A stretch of DNA of 63,137 bases, counting the filler. It is 5 parts of 5 records of this genome, joined end to end, with 100 filler letters (N's around TTAATTAATTAA, not from the genome) between each part and the next. Parts side by side here need not be neighbours in the genome. Positions count along the whole stretch, not along the records: positions 14,537 to 35,315 come from SRR20825014_156; positions 35,416 to 53,610 come from SRR20825014_161; 3 more parts are not named here. One strand, 5' to 3'. Below the pieces are notes generated by a model. That model was not told the DNA's origin. It saw nothing but the letters and a program-made list of their open reading frames with translations, and made no database searches. How positions within the stretch are numbered: the first letter of the stretch is position 1; every line of letters begins with the position of its first letter. The position numbers were made by a program, and so were the translations under genes. Positions 31,646 to 41,000 of the stretch are shown here, in pieces.

Positions 31646-34351
31646 ATGTTTTTCGTACGCACGCACTCACTCACCTTACCGCTGCTCGCCGCCTTCATGT
31701 TGCTCGCTGGCGTGGGCTGTGGCCCGGACACCGCGGACAACTCTGGCACAAACCAGGATATGGCCGAGGACTGGGAGACGCCCGAAGACGGCGACATGAG
31801 CAGCGCTGATATGAGCGCTGATATGAGCGATGGCGAAGAAGATATGGAGACGCCGCAGGAAGACATGGGCGGCGACAACGCAGATCCAGGTGACATGACA
31901 CCTCCGGCGCCCGATCCTTGCGCACAAAACGAGCGCGTCGAGGATGGCGCCTGCGTCGCTTGCGAGCCTGGAACCGAGAACAGCGAAGGTGATGACCCCG
32001 AAGGGAGTGACACGAGCTGCGATGCGATCTTCTGCCAGGAGAACGAATACGTCGACGCCAACGCGTGCGTCGCGTGCCCTGCCGGCACCCTGAACGACGA
32101 GGGAGATGACGCCTCGGGAGCAGACACCGCGTGTGAAGCGGTCATCTGTGAACGAAACGAATACGTCGACTCCAACGAGTGCGTCAGCTGCCCTGGTGAT
32201 ACGGTCAACGCCGCTGGCGATGACGCCTCGGGACCAGACACGCAGTGCGCCTTCCTCTGCGAAGAGGACGAGCATGTCGTCGACAACACATGCGTCAGCT
32301 GCCCCGCTGGCTCGATAAACGATGAGGGCGATGACCCGAGCGGCGACGACACCAGCTGCGATATGGTCCCCTGCCAGGAGAACGAATACGTCCTCTCCAA
32401 CACATGCACGGCCTGCCCGGCTGGAACGACCAACGAAGCTGGCGATGACTCTTCGGGCGCGGACACCGCGTGTGATGCGGTCCTTTGTCAGGAGGACGAA
32501 TACGTCCTCTCCAATACGTGCACCGCGTGCCCGGCTGGAACCGTGAACGCAGCCGATGACGACGCCTCGGGCGCAGATACGGCTTGCGACGCGATCCTTT
32601 GCGGCGATGACGAGTACGTCTCCTCGAACGTCTGCACCGCTTGCCCGGCAGGAACCATCAACCTGGCTGGCGATGACGCATCGGGCGCAGACACGAGCTG
32701 CGATACGATCTTCTGCCAGGAGAACGAGTACGTCTCCTCGAATACTTGCACCGCCTGTCCTGCGGACACGGTGAACGAGGCTGGCGATGATGCATCTGGC
32801 ACAGACACGGCATGCGTCGCGCTCTGCGCCGAGGACGAGTATGTGAACGCGGGAACATGCACCGCGTGTCCCGGAGATTCGACAAACACCTCTGGCGACA
32901 ACCCGCTCGCAGGCGACACGACCTGCGATGACGAGTGCTCGCTCATCTTTGGCGTGGTCTGCGAGGAGTTCCACCAGGCCTACATCAAGGCATCCAACAC
33001 GAGCGCAGGCGATGCCTTCGGGAGCAGCGTGGCCATCGCTGGCGATCGCCTCGTCATCGGCGCGCGCTACGAGGATGGGTGTGGAACCGGCGTCAACCCG
33101 GCGACCAACGCGGACGGATGCGATGACTCGGGCGCTGCGTATGTCTACGAGCGCGTCAACGGTGTCTGGACACAGACCGCGCTCCTCAAGCCCTCGAACA
33201 CCGGCGCTGGCGATGAGTTCGGGATCACCGTATCGGTCGATGGTGACATCATCGCAGTGGGATCGAGGCTCGAAGACAGCTGCGCCTCGACCATCGGCGG
33301 CGACGAGACCGACAACAACTGCAGCGGCGCAGGCGCCGCCTACATCTTCGAGTACGCCAACGGAGCATGGTCTCAAACGGCGTATATCAAGCCCTCCAAC
33401 ACAGACAGCTTCGACAACTTCGGAAACGCCGTCTCGGTCTCGGGCAACAGAGTCGCCATCGGCTCCGTCTACGAGGACGGCTGCGGCACCGACGTGGGCG
33501 CAGATGAAACGGATAACCTGTGCTTGAATCCGGGCGCGGCGTTCGTCTTCGAGAAAGGCGCCAACGGGTGGACGCAGCAGGCGTACTTCAAGTCCAACGC
33601 GCCTGGTGACAACAACCGCTATGCTCAGGGGCTCTCGCTCGATGGCGATCGCCTCGTCGTCGGCGCTGGCAGGCGCAAGGGATGCACTGTCGGCGCGACC
33701 TCGGGATGCAATAACGCAGGCGCGGTCTACGTCTACGACTACGCCAATGGCGCGTGGGCGTTCACCGCAGAGCTCAGATCTTCGAACCTCGATGGGGGAG
33801 ATCGCTTCGGCGAGAACCTCGACCTGGATGGTGACAGGCTGCTGATCACGTCGCGCAATGAGGACAGCTGCGCGACCACCATCGACGGTGACACGACCAA
33901 TGATGCCTGCGGGCAGGCGGGCGCGGCTTACCTCTTCGAACTCATCAACGGCACCTGGACGCAGACGGTCTACTTCAAGGGCTCCGCCACACAGAGCAAC
34001 GCGTTCTTCGGGACCACCGCAGCGCTCGATGGAGATCGCATCCTCATCGGCTCGCATAACGAGGATAACTGCAACGCGGGGTTGAACTCGACGCCCGCCA
34101 CAGGTTGCCTCGACACGGGCGCGGCCTACCTCTTCGAATACGCCAACGGCGCCTGGAGCGAATCGGCATACCTGAAATCAAACCTCGCCGAGGACGGGGA
34201 CAAGTTCGGCTTCGAGGTCTCGCTCTCGGGTGACAGCATGGCGATCACGTCGAACGGCGAGGACAGCTGCGCCGTGGGTGTCGACGGTGACGCCACGGAC
34301 AACATGTGCCTCACATCAGGGGCCGCAGATGTCTACATCCTCGCGCCATAA
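31646..34351 (+). CDS. Surface lipoprotein with nine Cys-rich repeats and an FG-GAP (integrin-alpha-like) beta-propeller
   Basis: Lipobox GVGC; 9x C..(N/D)EYV..N.C..CP.GT.N..GDD.SG.DT.C; repeated Y.K.SN....D.FG..V...GD....G. Confidence 0.85.
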   Translation: MFFVRTHSLTLPLLAAFMLLAGVGCGPDTADNSGTNQDMAEDWETPEDGDMSSADMSADMSDGEEDMETPQEDMGGDNADPGDMTPPAPDPCAQNERVEDGACVACEPGTENSEGDDPEGSDTSCDAIFCQENEYVDANACVACPAGTLNDEGDDASGADTACEAVICERNEYVDSNECVSCPGDTVNAAGDDASGPDTQCAFLCEEDEHVVDNTCVSCPAGSINDEGDDPSGDDTSCDMVPCQENEYVLSNTCTACPAGTTNEAGDDSSGADTACDAVLCQEDEYVLSNTCTACPAGTVNAADDDASGADTACDAILCGDDEYVSSNVCTACPAGTINLAGDDASGADTSCDTIFCQENEYVSSNTCTACPADTVNEAGDDASGTDTACVALCAEDEYVNAGTCTACPGDSTNTSGDNPLAGDTTCDDECSLIFGVVCEEFHQAYIKASNTSAGDAFGSSVAIAGDRLVIGARYEDGCGTGVNPATNADGCDDSGAAYVYERVNGVWTQTALLKPSNTGAGDEFGITVSVDGDIIAVGSRLEDSCASTIGGDETDNNCSGAGAAYIFEYANGAWSQTAYIKPSNTDSFDNFGNAVSVSGNRVAIGSVYEDGCGTDVGADETDNLCLNPGAAFVFEKGANGWTQQAYFKSNAPGDNNRYAQGLSLDGDRLVVGAGRRKGCTVGATSGCNNAGAVYVYDYANGAWAFTAELRSSNLDGGDRFGENLDLDGDRLLITSRNEDSCATTIDGDTTNDACGQAGAAYLFELINGTWTQTVYFKGSATQSNAFFGTTAALDGDRILIGSHNEDNCNAGLNSTPATGCLDTGAAYLFEYANGAWSESAYLKSNLAEDGDKFGFEVSLSGDSMAITSNGEDSCAVGVDGDATDNMCLTSGAADVYILAP

Positions 34352-34395
34352 CAGGCGCGACCTCTCTTATCAGGATGCTCGGGCTGTCTGCTCGA

Positions 34396-34501
34396 GCGAA
34401 AGAGAAGGGGCGCGACACTTGCCAGGGGTTGGGGTGGATTCGACCCTCGATGGCAAGTGTCGCGCCCCTTCTCTTTCGCGGGCCACCCTCTGGTGGTTCA
34501 C
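34396..34501 (+). repeat. Long-hairpin element, copy 2 (29-bp perfect stem plus small second hairpin)
   Basis: 34396-34424 is the exact reverse complement of 34451-34479; followed by GGGCCACCCTCTGGTGGTTCAC. Confidence 0.85.
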
Positions 34502-34602
34502 GCATCTCCCAAATCACACCGCGTGTTATCAGCGCCTCGCCAGCGAAGAAGACATCGTGTTACACGACAGAAGACCGATGACTATTGGAAGGTCACTTCG
34601 AG

Positions 34603-35268
34603 ATGGCCACAATGCTGCACGCGCCAAGACAAACAACACACCGCTGGCACCTCGCAGCGCTGCTTTCGGGCGTCATGCTCGCGAGCTGCGGTGTCCTGGA
34701 GAAAGAAGTCGAGGTTGACCTCGAAGATCGCTGCCTCTCCTGGACCGAAGGGTTCGTGCCGCTAAAAAAGGACGACGTCTACCTGTCGGTCGAGCGCTTC
34801 GAAGGGAGTGATAGCGAGGATGTCCCCATCCCCGAGCGTTCGGAGTGGATATTTGCCGCGCAGCAAGTGTCATCGACGGTCGTGGAAATCCACGGGTGCG
34901 TTCCTCGAACAGCCAGGGACATCTCCACAAATAGAGGCACCTTCGATCAACGATGGGATGAGTGGAGTTGGAACTCGACCTGGGAGTTCACCGGCAACTT
35001 CTCATCACCTCGCAAGCTCTGGGTCGGGAGCGATCTCCCAGGCGCCCAGCGCATGACCGGCGTGTTCGTCCACAGGGTCCTTGTCGAGAGCTCTTGTCGC
35101 ACCGGCAGATGCGGCGCGCGGCGGCTATGGGACGTGGAATTTGAAAAGCGCGGTATCAGCCACGCCACGGTCAACGCCTATGATATTGGCAGCCTGAATG
35201 CGAAAGGCCTGGTGGTCGACGATGAGGAAGACCACCAGCTCACGTTCGACTTCGACGTCTCCTGGTAA
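34603..35268 (+). CDS. Hypothetical lipoprotein, paralog of 30709-31500
   Basis: Lipobox LASC; colinear conserved Trp/Cys motifs; start may be 34612. Confidence 0.8.
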   Translation: MATMLHAPRQTTHRWHLAALLSGVMLASCGVLEKEVEVDLEDRCLSWTEGFVPLKKDDVYLSVERFEGSDSEDVPIPERSEWIFAAQQVSSTVVEIHGCVPRTARDISTNRGTFDQRWDEWSWNSTWEFTGNFSSPRKLWVGSDLPGAQRMTGVFVHRVLVESSCRTGRCGARRLWDVEFEKRGISHATVNAYDIGSLNAKGLVVDDEEDHQLTFDFDVSW

Positions 35269-35315
35269 TCCTCCACCATCGACCAGCCACACCGCCCGAA
35301 TCATTGCGGCGAGGA

Positions 35316-35415
35316 NNNNNNNNNNNNNNNNNNNNNNNNNNNNNNNNNNNNNNNNNNNNTTAATTAATTAANNNNNNNNNNNNNNNNNNNNNNNNNNNNN
35401 NNNNNNNNNNNNNNN
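35316..35415. other. Artificial contig linker
   Basis: N-run with TTAATTAATTAA; GC-rich to AT-rich switch. Confidence 0.97.
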
Positions 35416-36524
35416 ATTAATTGCTCATTTGCAACAAGTGAATTGCCCAAGTCAGCATCTTTTTCAGGCTGAATAATGACCGCTTCGAATGATTTTAGAG
35501 GGTCAGACGAACCTGTTTGAAGCTTGATAGGGTAGTTGGATGCCTCGACCTGTTTAACGATGTCATTCACTTTAACAAAATGATCTACATCGTTGTTGAA
35601 TATCTCAGTGAGTGCGATTTCATAAAGACTACGGGCTGCGATTCCTGCAATTGATTTGTTTTCGAAGTTCTGTTGCTTTAGCGATCCGCTGTTACAGTTC
35701 ACAATAATGAGGTTGTACTGACAATCATCTGGGTCACTATTGATGAGTTTGATTACATCACCAAGTGGTGTTGCGTTTCTAATCCCCCCGTCTATATTGT
35801 TTTTCGAATGAGTTACCCCCATTGAAGTGTTAAACGTGATCTGTTTTACAGGATTCCAAATCATCGGGATAGAGGTAGATGCCAGGACTCCATCTACAAA
35901 ATCCTTTTCGCTTGCGAATTGATTGTGTAATACCCCGTGATACTTTCCTGTATCTAGTGATACAAATCCGCAAAGGAACTTCGTGTTCACAATCTCATTT
36001 CGATTAAGGTACTTTTGAAGTTTCTTTTTTAGTGGCGAATTGTCGGCAACTGCTTTAAGGTTTGGGAAGTTAGCCGAGATTCCTTGTTCTATCTCTTCGA
36101 TAATAGAATCGATTGCTTTTTGTCGTTTTTCCTTTGAGAAGATCAGTCCAAGCTTTGAAAGAAAATTAAGCTTTAAATCAATTTGGGGAATCAATCGCTT
36201 TGCGATCTGTTTTAGGTTCAATTTTAGCTTTAGTTTTTCTGACTTACTCGACGTATCGATGAAGTCTGAAGTATAGATTTCAGACGCGCCATTTTTAGCG
36301 ATTTGATGTCTCCAAAGATCGTTTAGAACATCTAGTTTATTCATCGCTAAAAGCGATCCGTTTAACGCCCCAACACTCACTCCTGCGATTATGTCAAATT
36401 TCATAGGTGTTTGAAGTCCTGTTATTTTATGCCAATTCTCGTTGATGTAGTTGATTGCTCCAACTTGGAAGCCCCCTTTGAATCCTCCACCACTTAGCAC
36501 TAATGCAAATTTTCTCTTTCTCAT
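35416..36524 (-). CDS. Patatin-like phospholipase (3' truncated)
   Basis: LSGGGFKG oxyanion motif, GVSVG nucleophile, DGG. Confidence 0.9.
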
Positions 36525-36542
36525 GATTCTAATTTTTTTGGG

Positions 36543-38036
36543 TTAATTAAAAATGTTCATTTCGCCACCTTGATTGAAGCGTCCGAACTGAACAGCCTTG
36601 CCTTTTTCAGGTATTTCGATGACTACATCCACGTCGTGTTGATATTCGTTTCCACCTCTAAAGTTTCCTTGTTTGGTCGTTTGAAAAATGTAGATGAACG
36701 AAGTGTCTGGATAGGCGTGTTTCAGGTTTTCCAGATCATCAGGGGATAAGCCCAATTTGTTCACGCTGTCCAGAAAAACAAAATCGTAATTGGATAAATC
36801 AGTAGGCAAATAGTCACTCACATATAGATCGGGATGCGCCACGTTCTTGTCACGCAGTTTTTGCTGTAAAGTATCATCGATTCCTTCCTCACGTGCCACA
36901 TAAAGTGCAGTTCCATGATTTCTGGATAGATATCCTGCAAATTCTACTGCGAGATAGGATTTGCCCATTTTAGGTTTGGCAAAGATCATTGCAGTAAACC
37001 CACTAGAGGGATCACCAATAAGGCGCAGCCATTTCCCCTCGAAACCTAATTTTTGAAAATCTAGGTTTACGATGTCGGTGCTATTCATTATCGTGTTCTT
37101 GAAGGAATTAGGAACGCCATGAAGCTCGTCACAAGCGCATCCGTTCACAATTCCATGTAGCCCATTTAGCTCTTTGGATGCTATTATGAGCTGCCCCTGA
37201 TCGGGATTCTTATTTACAAAGGCGTTAAGCGAGGATAAAACATTATCAACCTCATTCCAGTAGCGATCAACTTTGGTAAGCTTCCCATCGTTGATTGCTT
37301 TGGCGATTCGATTGTGTAAATTCTTCGCCTTGATATTTGGGATCTGTTTACCCTGTAAATTGATGTAGCTCTTAATGAACTTTACCGAGATCAGTTCGGC
37401 TTGCTTTCCAATGATAAAAAGATAGTCGGCACGTTTCTTTTCAGAGATTTCGACACGGATTCCCTCGTTTCCCTTATACTTTCCAATGAGCGTAATAAGG
37501 GCATCCTGAATCTCCATAATGTGCTTTGCGTTAGCAGAAGTTTTGCGGATTCTCTTTTCAGCTATGGCACGTTGCAAAGCGTTTAAGAACAGACGAATTT
37601 GATGATGGGTTTTTACTTTATCGTGCATAAGTGCAAACCGTTTAATCATCTTGATTTCATCGCTAATTATCTCAACCTTTTCAGCTCTTTCATACGCAAG
37701 TTCACGGGCAGTTTTTGCTTTTATTCGTGGCGTAGCTGTTCTACGCACGGTTCTTGTCTTTGGAGAAGCTGCCTTGGACGTTGATCTTGGAGAACGCTTC
37801 TTACTAACAACTTTCTTCGGTTTTGGCTTCGTGGCAATCGATTTTAGGTATTCACTAAGCTGTGAGAAGTATAAGTTAACAACTCTTTTGAGCGTACTAT
37901 CAGAATGGTATGCAGACCATGATTCGTTATCATCTGTAAGCTCATTTACAAGGTCATATCCCTGTTGTAACTTTTCTGGTAGACTGTTTTTCTGAATGTT
38001 TTTTATTTCTGAATAATAATTTTCAATCGTTATCAT
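36543..38036 (-). CDS. Helical N-terminal domain with basic linker fused to a RecA/RadA-like P-loop ATPase
   Basis: Walker A AKPKMGKS, YVAREE, Walker B FVFLDS, TTKQG..G....HDVDVVIEI as in Sms/RadA. Confidence 0.75.
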   Translation of the reverse strand: MITIENYYSEIKNIQKNSLPEKLQQGYDLVNELTDDNESWSAYHSDSTLKRVVNLYFSQLSEYLKSIATKPKPKKVVSKKRSPRSTSKAASPKTRTVRRTATPRIKAKTARELAYERAEKVEIISDEIKMIKRFALMHDKVKTHHQIRLFLNALQRAIAEKRIRKTSANAKHIMEIQDALITLIGKYKGNEGIRVEISEKKRADYLFIIGKQAELISVKFIKSYINLQGKQIPNIKAKNLHNRIAKAINDGKLTKVDRYWNEVDNVLSSLNAFVNKNPDQGQLIIASKELNGLHGIVNGCACDELHGVPNSFKNTIMNSTDIVNLDFQKLGFEGKWLRLIGDPSSGFTAMIFAKPKMGKSYLAVEFAGYLSRNHGTALYVAREEGIDDTLQQKLRDKNVAHPDLYVSDYLPTDLSNYDFVFLDSVNKLGLSPDDLENLKHAYPDTSFIYIFQTTKQGNFRGGNEYQHDVDVVIEIPEKGKAVQFGRFNQGGEMNIFN

Positions 38037-38046
38037 AACCGTTGAT

Positions 38047-41000
38047 TTAAAAGGACATTAATTTTAGTTCGACTTCCAATGCTCTGGCTATTAGTTTTAG
38101 TCGTTGTATTTTTTTTGAACCCTCCTCTTGACTTGGGGGTGATACTATTTTTACACGATGTTTGGTTTTCGTAGCAATAAGACCTACGGAATCTATTTGC
38201 GATTCGAGAAGGGCGATTGTAACACCTAATTTCTCTTGTAAAATTTCCAATAGGACTTCGAGGTTTGATGGTTCTACATAGGCAGTCATTTGGTCACCAA
38301 CCTTTTCAAAGTTGTTATTTCTGACCCATTTGAGTAAGTCTTCGTCTAGGTAGATTCCCGAGCCTTTCTTGCGTGAAGCAGGAGCAGAAATTCTAAACAT
38401 TCCATCGTGCAGTTTAAAGATTGCAAGGTTATGACTTGGATATAGTGCGCTCCCGTCAGTCATCGAAGCGATGATCTTTAGGGCTTTTGCGATTGGCACA
38501 ATTACACGCCCTTGGGTAACTTTCTCAGGCGACCAACTCTCAGCCATTAATATCCCCTTGGTTGTTTCACCTTTATTCGTAGTGTACGAAACAAGCTTGC
38601 CTGAAAAGTCCGAAAATGCTTGCAAGATGTTACCTGTGATGATGTAGCGAATCATTCGATCCTTATTCTCTTTATCAATGCGTTCAGTCCATTCGTTGAG
38701 TACATCTTCAAAGCCTGCGTATCCAACTCCAAGGCTCGCCCCTTTGATGGCATTTATATCCTTAATGTAGCTTGATGGTATGGCAATGTACTTTCTTGAT
38801 GAAGCAATTGCGAAACGAAGGGTGATTGCGCTTGGCGCATAGGGATTGCTTCGTTTCAGATCAATTTGAAATCCAAGAAATACCGAAAGTTGTTCTTCCA
38901 TTCCACCATCGTATGTCGCGACGGGATAGATGAGTTTTTTTCCAATTGTAAAATACTTGAATAGTCCTTGGATGTATTGCTTTTTGGTATGAGTAATCGT
39001 CTCTTCATCACGGATGCGCTTGTGCATAGCATCGGTAAGTTCCTCGGTTCTTACTTGGATTGCCTGATGGTAGAGTTCTTTACTTTCCGCAGCGATTTTT
39101 ACTAGCTTCTTTTCATTTGGAATGCTACTTATTAGGCTTCGATACCGATCTGAAATCTCATTGATAACCCTTTGAAGCTCTTCTGTAATATGGGATTCGT
39201 GTTTAGCGAGTAGTTCATCGCTTGCCTCGGAAGCCGTTTTTCCATTTAGAGATTGATCTACAAGGTTTTTTAATTCTTTGACTTTGAATGGCTTTTTTAG
39301 AACATTCGCATAGACTTTCTCCATTATGCTATCCTCTCCAAAGCTTGAATTTCCTCCTTTACCAATCTTTACAATGGTTGAATTAATGGTTTCGGTTTGC
39401 AAGTCCAACTGCTCTACCTCAAGGTCATAATCCCCCGATTGCTTTAAATACTCAATAAAGGTGTCGTAGCGGTCTTTAATTTCTTGATAGAACTCTTCTT
39501 GCATTTTAGTGGATAGAACAGCTACACGTCCCGATACCTTATGCGCAGCTCCCTCTTTGACCTCTGTTTTATCACCTAGCTTTAATGGATCGCCTAAAAG
39601 ATCATTAATGATTGGGTTTTCTTTCAGGTATTCAATAACAACGGTATCGCCATATTTATTGAGAAAATCAGGAACATCAAGAATGCTATTACTTTGCTTT
39701 TGGTTTGACGAAGTATTGGCATCCAGACTTTTGAGTTTCTTTTGAAGCATCATCATTAGTCGCTGTTCGGCAGGAATGGCAGAGTTCACGTAGTCGTAGA
39801 TCGGTTTTAGAATTTGCCCTGTTCGGTTGATGCGTCCACGCTTCTGAACTTCGGTGTTAATGTCTAGTTCGGCTTGAAGAACGATCATCACACGCTGTTT
39901 TACATCCTTTTCTGAAACCTTATCCGTTACAATTGCGTGTGCCGATGCTCCAGTACTTCCTGATTGATTTATCAGAAGTACATCAACCTCATTGTTGTTG
40001 AACTGTCGAAAGGCATCGTTTGTGTTTATTTTCTTACGATTATCGACAACACCCATACCTGTTTTCAGATTGAGTTGCACATTCCACTTTCGTCCAGTTA
40101 CTTCCGCAACGGTGTAGCCCGCTTCTTGAATTTTCTGAATGATTACGTCAATAGGTGAAATGGTGATGCCTGTGGAAATTTTTCGAATGCTTGTGGAGAT
40201 TCTTGCGTGTTCCTGACGCGCTTCTTCGGAGAGTTCCAAGAGGTTGAATACCTCATAGCTCTTCTTGCCATTTGGCAGAGTTACCGTGTAACGCATCACC
40301 GATTCCAAGCCTTTTTCAAGAACGATTGAGAAATCAGCTTTTATCGTGTCACCGACCGTAACGCTCATTCCATCTTCTGTTTCCATTTGTTCGATGAAAC
40401 TTCCCATCGTAGAGGCAAATGCCACAATAGGCTTTTTGCCTTCTTTTAATCGGGCAATTGCTTTTTCTGCCACGGCTTCAGCCTTGATGGAGAAAAGCAT
40501 CTGATTAATCACGTTGAATACTTTCGAGAAGTAGGGTTGATTGTCCACTCCTGCCTGACTCGTCCCTTCACGTACATCTACTTGCGCTCCCTCTGCTGCT
40601 GCGATCTGATCCATTTCATTGACACGGGTGTCAATGTGATTGGATTGAAAAGCAATGATGTCGCGCACAATGGTTGTGATATTATCGGCAATCGCTTTAT
40701 GCTCGTTCGCTTTTTCGGTAAGGGTAATGTAATTCACCTCAATTCCTTCATAGGTGCGTTCACGTCTGATCATTTGCCCTTCATTCACAAGTTGACTTGC
40801 CAGAACCTCCTGAAGAGCCACACCGCCCTTGGAAATTGAATCTACCAAATCTTCCTTGGACATATTTGCCTCAGAAATGGCAGTCTTCATGGCATAGATC
40901 GGCATATTGTCTGGTCGCTTGGCAAAGGTCGCTGATAGGAACACCGCACCCTTGGTTTTTTCAAGTACGCCCTGCATGAAAATTCCTGTATTGGATGATC

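Noticed and set aside
15109-34057. Long antisense ORFs (15109-16038, 22229-23428, 23892-24968, 29207-30463, 31036-32466, 31676-34057)
   Set aside because: Shadows of well-supported genes in high-GC DNA; no recognisable motifs.
35416-36524. Patatin as a CBASS CapV effector
   Set aside because: No CD-NTase or Cap2/Cap3 gene is visible upstream; downstream is truncated, so the call is unsupported.
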